NCBI RefSeq assembly: GCF_017348835.2
Contig: NZ_CP071375.1
Direction: 5' to 3' (one strand)
Length of the DNA stretch: 64,000 nucleotides
From: Escherichia coli
GTDB taxonomy: Bacteria > Pseudomonadota > Gammaproteobacteria > Enterobacterales > Enterobacteriaceae
Part shown: one piece after another, positions 10,996 through 24,110 of the stretch
Position numbering within the stretch: position 1 is the stretch's first letter
How the letters are laid out: each line of letters begins with the position of its first letter
Made by a program: the position numbers and the translations under genes
The notes under the pieces: model-generated
Database searches by the model: none
What the model was told of the DNA's origin: nothing
The model's input: the letters and a program-made list of their open reading frames with translations, nothing else

Positions 10996-12126
10996 ATGGC
11001 ATATACCACCTTTTCACAGACGAAAAATGATCAGCTCAAAGAACCGATGTTCTTTGGTCAGCCGGTCAACGTGGCTCGCTACGATCAGCAAAAATATGAC
11101 ATCTTCGAAAAGCTGATCGAAAAGCAGCTCTCTTTCTTCTGGCGTCCGGAAGAAGTTGACGTTTCTCGTGACCGTATTGATTACCAGGCATTGCCTGAAC
11201 ACGAAAAACACATCTTTATCAGCAACCTGAAATATCAGACGCTGCTGGATTCCATTCAGGGTCGTAGCCCGAACGTGGCGCTATTGCCGCTTATTTCTAT
11301 TCCGGAACTGGAAACCTGGGTCGAAACCTGGGCGTTCTCAGAAACGATTCATTCCCGTTCCTATACTCATATCATTCGTAATATCGTTAACGATCCGTCT
11401 GTTGTGTTTGACGATATCGTCACCAACGAGCAGATCCAGAAACGTGCGGAAGGGATCTCCAGCTATTACGATGAGCTGATCGAAATGACCAGCTACTGGC
11501 ATCTGCTGGGCGAAGGCACCCACACCGTTAACGGTAAAACCGTGACCGTTAGCCTGCGCGAGCTGAAGAAAAAACTGTATCTCTGCCTGATGAGCGTTAA
11601 CGCGCTGGAAGCGATTCGTTTCTACGTCAGCTTTGCCTGCTCTTTCGCATTCGCTGAACGTGAGCTGATGGAAGGTAACGCCAAAATTATTCGCCTGATT
11701 GCCCGCGACGAAGCCCTGCACCTGACCGGTACTCAGCATATGCTGAATCTGCTGCGCAGCGGTGCGGATGATCCGGAGATGGCGGAAATTGCCGAAGAAT
11801 GTAAGCAGGAGTGCTATGACCTGTTTGTCCAGGCGGCACAGCAAGAGAAAGACTGGGCGGATTATCTGTTCCGTGACGGTTCGATGATTGGTCTGAATAA
11901 AGACATTCTCTGCCAGTACGTTGAATACATCACCAATATCCGCATGCAGGCAGTCGGTTTGGATCTGCCGTTCCAGACGCGCTCCAACCCGATCCCGTGG
12001 ATCAACACCTGGCTGGTGTCTGATAACGTGCAGGTTGCTCCGCAGGAAGTGGAAGTCAGTTCTTATCTGGTCGGGCAGATTGACTCGGAAGTGGACACCG
12101 ACGATTTGAGTAACTTCCAGCTCTGA
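10996..12126 (+). CDS. nrdB: Class Ia ribonucleotide reductase beta subunit
   Basis: [37 protein letters not shown] starts at ATG 10996 and gives 376 aa. The upstream part of track ORF 10765-12126 is only read-through of REP repeats. Confidence 0.98.
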
Positions 12127-12380
12127 TGGCTCGCGTTACCCTGCGCATCACTGGCACACAACTGCTGTGCCAGGATGAACACCCTTCCCTTCTGGCGGCG
12201 CTGGAATCCCACAATGTGGCGGTTGAGTACCAGTGCCGCGAAGGTTACTGCGGCTCCTGTCGCACCCGACTGGTCGCAGGTCAGGTGGACTGGATTGCCG
12301 AACCGTTAGCCTTTATTCAGCCGGGGGAAATTTTGCCCTGTTGTTGCCGGGCAAAAGGCGATATTGAAATCGAGATGTGA
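12126..12380 (+). CDS. yfaE: 2Fe-2S ferredoxin YfaE (NrdB diferric-tyrosyl cofactor maintenance)
   Basis: The 84-aa ORF has Cys motif CREGYCGSC...CCC. Its ATG overlaps the nrdB TGA (TGATG). Confidence 0.95.
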   Translation: MARVTLRITGTQLLCQDEHPSLLAALESHNVAVEYQCREGYCGSCRTRLVAGQVDWIAEPLAFIQPGEILPCCCRAKGDIEIEM

Positions 12381-12391
12381 ATTGGTTGTAG

Positions 12392-12428
12392 TGCCAGATA
12401 CGACGCTTATGCGTCTTATCTGGCCTAC
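12392..12428. repeat. Single REP between convergent yfaE and inaA
   Basis: TGCCAGATACGACGCTTATGCGTCTTATCTGGCCTAC, a REP-type imperfect palindrome. Confidence 0.8.
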
Positions 12429-12433
12429 AACGA

Positions 12434-13084
12434 TTACATGGCGTAGTAATACGCTTTCACCTGCTCCCAGTCCGCTTTGGGAATTGGCTCCAGATATTTT
12501 TCCAGCTGGCGGAAGTCATGATTAATCGCTTTATCGCGACGCAAGCGGCGACGACTTTTCTCCAGGTCAAGAAAACCAGCTTCTGCCTTACCTTCTGTTT
12601 TCACATAGATATGGCGAACATAACAACAGCCATGCTGACGATTAATGCTATGCATTTTCTTAAACGCCAGCGCCACTGCTTTCAACATGGCTTGCCGTAC
12701 TTCGTCAGAATAAGGCGATACTGCATGCTGGGCATACCAGTCAGCAATGCTGATGAACCCCGCCATATCTTCAGTCACCAGCAACGCTCGCCATTCACCC
12801 TCAATTTTCACCGCTTCACCAAAAACGATCTTCGGCACGATGACACCGGCCCGTTCCAGTTCTTTAATTACCGCAACCTCACGGACAATCGTTGGTCGGC
12901 CGAAAGGATAACGTACGGAATGAAACAGATGATGCGTCATGCGCTTTACATATAGCTTTTTGCCGTTGCGCTCGACGCATTGCACCCCGCTCATACCATT
13001 ACGGCGATAGTTAGGCTCTTCAACCCAGTCGCCCTCTGTTGCCCACCAGTGATTAAATTCGTCGTGCTTTGCTGAAACTGCCAT
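12434..13084 (-). CDS. inaA: Acid-inducible Kdo/WaaP-family kinase-like protein InaA
   Basis: The 216-aa ORF begins MAVSAKHDEFNHWWATEGDWVEEPNYRRNGMSGVQCVERNGKKLYVKR and ends in ...WEQVKAYYYAM. Confidence 0.95.
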   Translation of the reverse strand: MAVSAKHDEFNHWWATEGDWVEEPNYRRNGMSGVQCVERNGKKLYVKRMTHHLFHSVRYPFGRPTIVREVAVIKELERAGVIVPKIVFGEAVKIEGEWRALLVTEDMAGFISIADWYAQHAVSPYSDEVRQAMLKAVALAFKKMHSINRQHGCCYVRHIYVKTEGKAEAGFLDLEKSRRRLRRDKAINHDFRQLEKYLEPIPKADWEQVKAYYYAM

Positions 13085-13144
13085 ACCCTATCGCCTGTCA
13101 TTTTTTATTAACGACAATGACTATAGGTGGTTACCTGCGAAAAA

Positions 13145-13163
13145 TCTTAATGAAACGTGTCGT
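13145..13163 (-). promoter_or_regulatory. Candidate marbox (MarA/SoxS/Rob site) upstream of inaA
   Basis: The minus strand ACGACACGTTTCATTAAGA matches most defined positions of AYnGCACnnWnnRYYAAAY. A TATAGT -10-like hexamer lies downstream. inaA is a known mar/sox/rob regulon member. This was matched by eye only. Confidence 0.35.
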
Positions 13164-13164
13164 A

Positions 13165-14355
13165 TTAATGAATTTCTTTTGCCACTACTAGCGCGACACC
13201 GCTTTTACCCTTCATTTGCAGCGCATAGACTCCACCAGCCACTACCACTAATAGTGCGCCCAGCAGATAAATCATTCGGTAGCCAGTATGTGCAACCATC
13301 ATCCCCATCACACAGGCTCCCAGCGCCAGGCCTGCATCCATCGCATTGAAGAAGAGGGAGTTTGCGACACCGATTTTATGCGGTTCCACTGAACTGATAA
13401 TCTGCGTCTGAAAAACTGGCGTCACGGAACCATACCCGATACCAATCAACGCGCCAGAAACAACCATCATTATGCTTCCCTGGGTGTAGCCGAGAACCAC
13501 CAGTCCTACCGTAAAGAACACAAGGCAAGGGTAAACCACATATTTCGGTCCTTTTTTGTCGCAGACATTGCCGGTAAAGGTACGGCAGATCATCAGGAAG
13601 ATGGCGTAGCAAAGCAGGAAATTACTGGCCGCCGACATCAGATTAAGTTCGCGGGCGTAAAGCGCCAGAAAGGCAGAAACCCCGGCATACGAAAAGGTCA
13701 TAAAGAATGTAACCATGGCAAACGGCAATGCCGCGCGATCGAACATGGCGGCGAAGCCCATCTTTGGCTTTGAACCGTCGGCATGGCTGATAACCGGCGG
13801 CACGGTCATAATCAGCGACAGGATAATCCCCACCGCCGCAACGCCAGTACATAACCAGAAAGCCATATTAAAGGCCTCCCAGCGCGCCATATTCAGGCCA
13901 ATCCACGGCCCGACCACCATTGCCAGCCCCATTGCCAGAGAGAAAAAACTGATGCCCTCCCCACGTCGGGAGGCCGGGATCAGCCGCGCGGAAATCGTTC
14001 CCTTTACCGTTGTGATAACCCCGAAGGTAATACCATGAAGCACCCTAATAAAAAGCAGTGATTCTATTGAGTGGCAAAAAGGATACAGCGCAGTGACCAC
14101 CAAAAAGGCCAGAGAAGAGAGCACCAGAATAGTTTTATTCGAATATTTACCCACCCATTGCCCGGCAAAGGGTCGAATAACAATCGCCGCAATTAAAAAT
14201 AATGTCACCAGCAGACCAGCTTTATCAGGAGAGGCATGCAAGCGGTCAGAGATATAAATTGGCAACAATGTTAGTAAAACATAAAAGACGAAGAAAATAA
14301 TAAAGCTGATGATGGTTATTGCCCAAAAATCCTTCGTCCATAACTTCTCTTTCAT
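13165..14355 (-). CDS. Major facilitator superfamily transporter (12-TM, efflux-type), substrate unknown
   Basis: The 396-aa ORF is hydrophobic throughout, with about 12 predicted helices. It has an MFS loop 2-3-like motif (GQWVGKYSNK) and is divergent from a LysR regulator. Confidence 0.85.
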   Translation of the reverse strand: MKEKLWTKDFWAITIISFIIFFVFYVLLTLLPIYISDRLHASPDKAGLLVTLFLIAAIVIRPFAGQWVGKYSNKTILVLSSLAFLVVTALYPFCHSIESLLFIRVLHGITFGVITTVKGTISARLIPASRRGEGISFFSLAMGLAMVVGPWIGLNMARWEAFNMAFWLCTGVAAVGIILSLIMTVPPVISHADGSKPKMGFAAMFDRAALPFAMVTFFMTFSYAGVSAFLALYARELNLMSAASNFLLCYAIFLMICRTFTGNVCDKKGPKYVVYPCLVFFTVGLVVLGYTQGSIMMVVSGALIGIGYGSVTPVFQTQIISSVEPHKIGVANSLFFNAMDAGLALGACVMGMMVAHTGYRMIYLLGALLVVVAGGVYALQMKGKSGVALVVAKEIH

Positions 14356-14461
14356 ACCCTACCGCCTGTCAGGATGACGCACGCAGACAACACTCCCGTT
14401 ACTGCGGTTGCGTCAAATTGTGATGTACTTTGCAGAACAGAAGTATAAATGGCGGCATGCT

Positions 14462-14476
14462 ATTAGAGAAATTAAT
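14462..14476. promoter_or_regulatory. Candidate LysR-type T-N11-A box in the divergent MFS/LysR spacer
   Basis: ATTAGAGAAATTAAT is an interrupted palindrome (ATTA-N7-TAAT) 31 nt upstream of the LysR ATG. Confidence 0.35.
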
Positions 14477-14506
14477 CGTTTTAATATTATTGATTAGCAA
14501 ACTCTA

Positions 14507-15385
14507 ATGACTCTTACCCAAATAAATTCTTTACTCGCCGTGCTGGATTACGGTGGCTTTACTGAAGCCAGCAAGCGATTGTTCATGACGCAGTCGGCGG
14601 TAAGTCAGGCAATTGCTGCCCTCGAACAAGAACTTGGTGTGAATATACTGTTACGCGATCGCCGTAAAGCTATACAACTGACCACAGCAGGTCATCGCAT
14701 TGTGCAACATCTGCGCGCCATTAATCGGGAAGTTAACGCAGTAAAAGAGATAGCCGAGCAGGAAAAGCAGAACCCTCAAAGAACGCTGAGACTTGGTTGT
14801 TTCCCCAGCGTCTGCGCCTGTATCTTACCGGTTGTGATTCGCTACTTTGAAATTCATCATCCGAATATAAAAATTATTCCTTTTGAGGAAAATAGCACAG
14901 CGATTATTGATTCGCTTCAGAATGAATCCATTGATGCCGGTTTTGTTCATTTTCCGGTGAGCGGAATGTACTCCGTGCCCATTTATCAGGATAAATTCAC
15001 CGTAGTGTTACCGCCCAACCATGCTCTGGCAAAAAACAGCACTATTACAGTGGAAGAATTAATGGGTGAACCATTAATCATTAGTAAAGGACGCTATGAA
15101 TTAAGCATTATGGCACTATTTAAAGAAAAGAATATTACCCCACAGATAAAATATGAATTTAATCACCCGGATACAGCGATCAGTTTTATTCGACAGGGAT
15201 TAGGCATCGCCTTATTACCAGAGTTAACGCTGAAAACCATTGCAGATGAATTGTGTTCCGTTCCTCTCGAACCAACCTTCTATCGACAGATTTCGTTGCT
15301 GGCTAAAGAAAAGCCGGTAGAAGGCAGTCCACTGTTTTTACTACAAATGTGTACGGAACAACTCGTGGTGAGTGGAAAAATTTGA
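14507..15385 (+). CDS. LysR-family transcriptional regulator (full length)
   Basis: The 292-aa ORF has an N-terminal wHTH (FTEASKRLFMTQSAVSQAIAALEQELG) and a C-terminal substrate-binding fold. As I recall, K-12 carries only a short LysR fragment (yfaH) at this locus. Confidence 0.9.
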   Translation: MTLTQINSLLAVLDYGGFTEASKRLFMTQSAVSQAIAALEQELGVNILLRDRRKAIQLTTAGHRIVQHLRAINREVNAVKEIAEQEKQNPQRTLRLGCFPSVCACILPVVIRYFEIHHPNIKIIPFEENSTAIIDSLQNESIDAGFVHFPVSGMYSVPIYQDKFTVVLPPNHALAKNSTITVEELMGEPLIISKGRYELSIMALFKEKNITPQIKYEFNHPDTAISFIRQGLGIALLPELTLKTIADELCSVPLEPTFYRQISLLAKEKPVEGSPLFLLQMCTEQLVVSGKI

Positions 15386-15453
15386 TGTAAGACATGAGAT
15401 TGATGACAAATGTAAGATTGCCTGATTCGCCACACTTAGTTGGCCTGTAGTCT

Positions 15454-15665
15454 TTACCAGGCGTAATAATTCGTTTTCACCTGATTTTGGTCCACTTTGT
15501 GAATTAGCGATATATATTTATCCAGTTTAGGGAAGTGACAATGACTCCAGGTAGAAACCAGTATGAAGCGCCCGACTCACTGTCAAAACCGATTGTTGAG
15601 AGTAATGACACTCCGGCGAACAGTACACAGTTTACTCTGGAGCCACTCTCAATCTTCAAGTGGGA
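15454..15665 (-). pseudogene. Degenerate inaA-like 3' remnant
   Basis: Hand alignment of 15454-15546 to inaA 12434-12526 gives 66 of 93 identical positions without gaps. The remnant translates to ...HFPKLDKYISLIHKVDQNQVKTNYYAW-stop, against InaA ...HDFRQLEKYLEPIPKADWEQVKAYYYAM-stop. Upstream parts need indels and contain a stop. It is preceded by a REP-like sequence at 15419-15450. Confidence 0.6.
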
Positions 15666-15850
15666 TACCTAATAACTTGTCAGGGAAGTTATCAATATCT
15701 GTTTGTTACTTATTACCGTGTTTATTAACAATAATGATACTTTCTAACATGCGTAAAGGTCTTCGTAATAAAATGAGCTAAATTTGATAGTGAATATATT
15801 CTGCAAAGATTAAATTGTATCTTGTTAACTCACAATACAAGGAATCATTT

Positions 15851-16921
15851 ATGCCAAATACATCTATTCAATTATCTCGCTGTAATCTTTTACAAAATAA
15901 TAAATTGCAAACAGCAGAAATTTACAAAGAATCACAACAAACCGCGAAACTTGAGATTTTTTGCAATGAGTTTCTAAAAATATCTCAAAGTAGATTCGGG
16001 TTATCAACCTCAGCAGACAACATAGCTAATTTATTGGCTTTTTTCACGAAAGCCTCAGATGAAATTGATAGTATCAAGACCCAAAAAATTGACGTTCACA
16101 GTTATGGTTTCGTACCAATAAGACATTTTGTCGAGCATGTCATAACGTATAAAAATGAATTTGCAGCGGATTATGAACCCTATACCCTTACCTTTACCCG
16201 AGGTGAAAACAACGAAGGTGTTTTGAGTATCGAAAGCAAAGAAGGGTCTATTTCACAAAGAACAATAAACTTAAATGAATATGAAACTGCAATTAACATC
16301 ATCAATGAGCATGTTGCAAAAGAAAATACCCACAACACGGTCCAGTCACTGACAGAAAAAGACATTTCAAAAATAAACAGCTCTGATAAGCCTTATAAAA
16401 CCAGCAGTGAGGAAAGTATTAAAAGTCAACTTTACAGCGATCAAAAAAAATATGCAGACCTGCTACAACATTCTGAGAAAAATACAGAATGGTACAAATA
16501 CGCATCCTCCGAGGAACGCTATGATAAATTCAAGAATTCTTCTAAGGAAATTAAAAACACCTACAAGCAAATTGTACAAGCGCAGAAAAAATTGAACCAA
16601 ATGAAATATATCAATAAATTAGGTGGTGAGCTTATCGATATCGCCGACAAAAAGTTAGCACCATTAATAAATGATAGTTTCAGCTATACACGAGATTTCT
16701 TTGCTTACTCAAAACAGGAAAATAACATCTTCACGTTTGATAATTCTAAGTTTGAAGATCCAAAGGAAAAAAAAGGTTTAATGGTACAACACAGCAATGG
16801 GCAACTGATTATTACTGGTGAGTATTGTCCTGAAGGTGTGCAAACAGCATTCACCCAAGAACAATATGATAAATTAATAAGATACATTAATATTTTCTTT
16901 ACTTTCCCGAAATGCGAATAA
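15851..16921 (+). CDS. Hypothetical protein, 356 aa, no recognisable domain (AT-rich orphan gene)
   Basis: A 1.07-kb open frame in AT-rich DNA, where stops should be frequent. AAGGA lies 7 nt upstream of ATG 15851. The track ORF starts at an upstream TTG (15815), which I consider less likely. No signal peptide or TM segment. The protein is Lys/Glu/Asn/Ser-rich with a probable helical central region. Confidence 0.7.
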   Translation: MPNTSIQLSRCNLLQNNKLQTAEIYKESQQTAKLEIFCNEFLKISQSRFGLSTSADNIANLLAFFTKASDEIDSIKTQKIDVHSYGFVPIRHFVEHVITYKNEFAADYEPYTLTFTRGENNEGVLSIESKEGSISQRTINLNEYETAINIINEHVAKENTHNTVQSLTEKDISKINSSDKPYKTSSEESIKSQLYSDQKKYADLLQHSEKNTEWYKYASSEERYDKFKNSSKEIKNTYKQIVQAQKKLNQMKYINKLGGELIDIADKKLAPLINDSFSYTRDFFAYSKQENNIFTFDNSKFEDPKEKKGLMVQHSNGQLIITGEYCPEGVQTAFTQEQYDKLIRYINIFFTFPKCE

Positions 16922-17109
16922 TACTGTATATTATAAACTACATTACAATTTATTATTGAGCCCTATTCATACTGTTTAAAGAATAACAATACCCAGTGTT
17001 AGCTTTCCTAACAAATGAGTTTTACGCAAATATGTTGGCATCTTTTTTAACAGGATGCTCAGGTGAATGAATAGAATAACCGGTAGTAGCATTATTTCGC
17101 TTTAGCTGA

Positions 17110-17131
17110 GGATGGCGCATGAACGCCATCC
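17110..17131. terminator. Perfect 8-bp GC-rich hairpin just downstream of glpQ
   Basis: GGATGGCG-CATGAA-CGCCATCC lies 11 nt beyond the glpQ stop. There is no clear U-tract on either strand, so terminator function is uncertain. Confidence 0.4.
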
Positions 17132-17141
17132 TGCAGTAGCA

Positions 17142-18218
17142 TTACTCTTTATTAAGGAATTTTACTGCCTTATCAGGGAAATCAGTAAACAGCCCATTTA
17201 CACCCGCTTTGTTATACAGAACATCATATAACTGATTCACATCAGTAGTGTATTCAGGCAGTTTATCTGACCGCACGGTATAAGGATGCACTACCAGTTT
17301 ATTCTGCTGAGCATCTTGCACCATGCCAGTGAGTTTGATATTACCCGGCTGCGATGTCTCCTCAATCAACATATGGTAATCTGGGCCAATACCATCAGCA
17401 TATTCCGCCACCTGTTTCATGGCACCCGGCTTAAACATCCAGTCATAGCTGTAATTAACCCAGCTTCCGTCCGGTTGTTTCTGCTGAGTTTCGTTCCAGT
17501 CGGTATAGGCAATCAGCTGTACCAGGTTGAGGTCCATACCCATTTTAGGTTCCAGCTCATTCTTAATACGCTTCAGTTCATCAGCATCAAAGCATTGCAG
17601 ATAAACTTTGTCGTCCTTACCGGTGTAACCATATTTCTTCAGCACTTCCAGCGTTTTTGCCGCAATATCCTTCCCTTCCTGATGATGGAACCACGGCGCT
17701 TTAATTTCTGGATAGATACCGATATTTTTCCCGGTAGAGTGATTTAACCCCTGAACAAATTCAATCTCTTCTTCAAAGGAGTGCACCCGGAAGTCGGACT
17801 TACCCATTGGGAAACGCCCCGGATAAGTCTGCACTTTTTTACCGTTTTCAATATCGAAACCTTCGGTAAATTTCAGCGACTTAATTTCATCCAGCGTGAA
17901 ATCTATCGCGTAGTAACGACCGTCTTTGCGCGCCCGATCCGGGAAACGATCGGCAACATCAGTAACACGATCGAGGTAATGGTCATGCAGAACAACCAGA
18001 TGGTCGTCTTTGGTCATCACCAAATCCTGTTCCAGATAATCCGCTCCCTGCGCATACGCCATCGCTTTTGCTGGCAGCGTATGCTCCGGCAAATATCCAC
18101 TGGCACCGCGATGGGCGATGACTATTTTTTCGTTGCTGTTCGCCGCCATTGCACTGCTTCCCATGACTATAGTGCTCATCATGATCGCCATGCTAAGGTT
18201 TTTCAGCGTCAATTTCAT
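17142..18218 (-). CDS. glpQ: Periplasmic glycerophosphodiester phosphodiesterase
   Basis: MKLTLKNLSMAIMMSTIVMGSSAMAANSNEKIVIAHRGASGYLPEHT starts at codon 20 of the track ORF and gives 358 aa with a signal peptide. Confidence 0.97.
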   Translation of the reverse strand: MKLTLKNLSMAIMMSTIVMGSSAMAANSNEKIVIAHRGASGYLPEHTLPAKAMAYAQGADYLEQDLVMTKDDHLVVLHDHYLDRVTDVADRFPDRARKDGRYYAIDFTLDEIKSLKFTEGFDIENGKKVQTYPGRFPMGKSDFRVHSFEEEIEFVQGLNHSTGKNIGIYPEIKAPWFHHQEGKDIAAKTLEVLKKYGYTGKDDKVYLQCFDADELKRIKNELEPKMGMDLNLVQLIAYTDWNETQQKQPDGSWVNYSYDWMFKPGAMKQVAEYADGIGPDYHMLIEETSQPGNIKLTGMVQDAQQNKLVVHPYTVRSDKLPEYTTDVNQLYDVLYNKAGVNGLFTDFPDKAVKFLNKE

Positions 18219-18222
18219 GCCA

Positions 18223-19581
18223 TTAGCCTCCGTTGCGTTTTTGCAGTAATTCCTGATGGCGACGTTTTTCGCCAATCATCACAACAATCAACAAGATAAC
18301 CGCCAGAATGCTGCCGCCAATCATTACCATAAAGCCGCCATCCCAGCCGAAGAAGTCCACGGTGTAGCCAACAATCGCGCTCGCCGCCACCGAACCGCCC
18401 AGGTAACCAAACAGACCGGTAAAGCCCGCTGCCGTTCCTGCCGCTTTTTTCGGTGCCAGTTCCAGCGCATGCAGACCGATCAGCATCACAGGGCCGTAGA
18501 TCAGGAAGCCGATAACAATCATACAAATCATATCGACGGTTGGGTTACCTGCCGGGTTCATCCAGTAAACGATAGTCGCGATGGTCACCAGTGTCATAAA
18601 GAAGACGCCGGTTGCCCCACGGTTACCGCGGAAGACTTTGTCCGACATCCAGCCGCACAGCAGGGTGCCCGGAATACCCGCATACTCATAGAAGAAGTAG
18701 GCCCAGGAGGATTTATCCAGCGCGAAATGCTTAACCTCTTTCAGATAAGTCGGTGACCAGTCGAGGATGCCGTAACGCAGCAGATAAACGAACACGTTGG
18801 CGATGGCGATGTACCACAGCAGTTTGTTCGGCAGCACGTACTGCATGAAGATTTGCTTCGCGGTCAGCTCCTGTTCCGCTTTTTCGTTATAGTCGTCCGG
18901 ATAATCATTTTTGTACTCTTCGATCGGCGGCAAGCCACAGGATTGCGGGGTATCGCGCATCATCGCAAAGGCGAATAATGCCACCAGAATGGCGCAAAAA
19001 GCGGGCATATAGAGCGCCGCGTGCCAGTCATTGAACCAGGCCATCCCCAGCAGGAACAGCAGCGGCGGAATACCACCACCGACGTTGTGCGCACAGTTCC
19101 ACACTGACACAATGCCGCCACGTTCTTTCTGCGACCACCAGTGCACCATAGTACGACCACACGGCGGCCACCCCATCCCCTGGAACCAACCGCAGAGGAA
19201 CAACAGTACAAACATCACCGCAATGCTCGACGTCGCCCATGGCACAAAGCCCATAAACAACATCACTGCCGCCGCCAGAATCAAACCTGCGGGCAGGAAA
19301 ACGCGCGGATTCGAGCGATCCGATACCGAACCCATGATGAATTTCGAAAATCCATAAGCAATCGAGATCCCCGAAAGGGCAAAACCTAAATCACCGCGTG
19401 AGAATCCCTGCTCAACCAGATAAGGCATAGCAAGCGCAAAGTTCTTACGAACCAAATAGTAAGCAGCATAGCCAAAGAATATCCCCAGGAAAATTTGCCA
19501 GCGCAATCGACGATAAGTCGGCTCGATCTCCGCGGCAGGTAAGCGCGCTTTGTGTGGCGCTGGTTTAAAAATACTCAACAT
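18223..19581 (-). CDS. glpT: Glycerol-3-phosphate:phosphate antiporter
   Basis: The 452-aa MFS ORF begins [48 protein letters not shown]. It is intact. Confidence 0.98.
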   Translation of the reverse strand: MLSIFKPAPHKARLPAAEIEPTYRRLRWQIFLGIFFGYAAYYLVRKNFALAMPYLVEQGFSRGDLGFALSGISIAYGFSKFIMGSVSDRSNPRVFLPAGLILAAAVMLFMGFVPWATSSIAVMFVLLFLCGWFQGMGWPPCGRTMVHWWSQKERGGIVSVWNCAHNVGGGIPPLLFLLGMAWFNDWHAALYMPAFCAILVALFAFAMMRDTPQSCGLPPIEEYKNDYPDDYNEKAEQELTAKQIFMQYVLPNKLLWYIAIANVFVYLLRYGILDWSPTYLKEVKHFALDKSSWAYFFYEYAGIPGTLLCGWMSDKVFRGNRGATGVFFMTLVTIATIVYWMNPAGNPTVDMICMIVIGFLIYGPVMLIGLHALELAPKKAAGTAAGFTGLFGYLGGSVAASAIVGYTVDFFGWDGGFMVMIGGSILAVILLIVVMIGEKRRHQELLQKRNGG

Positions 19582-19691
19582 TGATAGCCTCCGTGGCCCG
19601 TGGTCTTATTTATGATTAACAGCCTGATTCAGTGAGAGAACCTGCCGTTTCTTGAGTTGCCGCGATGTTAAGAAAACATTCATAAATTAAA

Positions 19692-19709
19692 TGTGAATTG
19701 CCGCACACA
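19692..19709. promoter_or_regulatory. CRP site in the glpTQ/glpABC divergent control region
   Basis: TGTGAATTGCCGCACACA matches TGTGA-N6-TCACA in most positions. glp promoters are known to depend on CRP. Confidence 0.55.
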
Positions 19710-19729
19710 TTATTAAATAAGATTTACAA

Positions 19730-19810
19730 AATGTTCAAAATGACGCATGAAATCACGTTTCACTTTCGAATTATGAGCGAATATGCGCGAAATCAAACAA
19801 TTCATGTTTT
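19730..19810. promoter_or_regulatory. Tandem GlpR operator half-sites upstream of glpA
   Basis: There is a run of 10-bp phased units: ATGTTCAAAA TGACGCATGA AATCACGTTT CACTTTCGAA TTATGAGCGA ATATGCGCGA AATCAAACAA TTCATGTTTT. They resemble GlpR half-sites (WATGTTCGWT). Tandem operators are known at glpACB. Confidence 0.5.
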
Positions 19811-19853
19811 TACTATGGCTAAATGGTAAAAAACGAACTTCAGAGGGATAACA

Positions 19854-23918
<4,065 letters not shown>

Positions 23919-23931
23919 ACTCCTTTCTGAT

Positions 23932-23963
23932 GCCCGGTAAGCATGTGGTTACCGGGCATTTTT
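23932..23963 (+). terminator. Intrinsic terminator of glpABC
   Basis: GCCCGGTAA-GCATGTGG-TTACCGGGC, followed by ATTTTTG, 14 nt after the glpC stop. Confidence 0.75.
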
Positions 23964-24110
23964 GCGTACACGATTCCGTGCCCAATGTATGCGTTGCAAC
24001 GCAGTGAAAATTCCTCTGAAAACGTCTCGCAAAGGCTGAAACTGGCAGATGTCAAAGGCCTGGGATAACCGTAATGTCGCGTCATCATAAATATCAGGTG
24101 ACGGACAACC

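Noticed and set aside
15563-15781. A 72-codon plus-strand ORF between the LysR gene and the orphan gene
   Set aside because: It lies over the degenerate inaA-like remnant and the AT-rich boundary. It has no SD, and its composition looks like chance.
16922-17141. A possible small partner gene (antitoxin or immunity-like) downstream of the orphan gene, for example a 32-codon minus-strand ORF starting inside the glpQ-proximal hairpin
   Set aside because: Its start codon is buried in the hairpin stem, there is no SD, and the peptide is unremarkable. I also saw no flanking inverted or direct repeats marking a mobile cassette.
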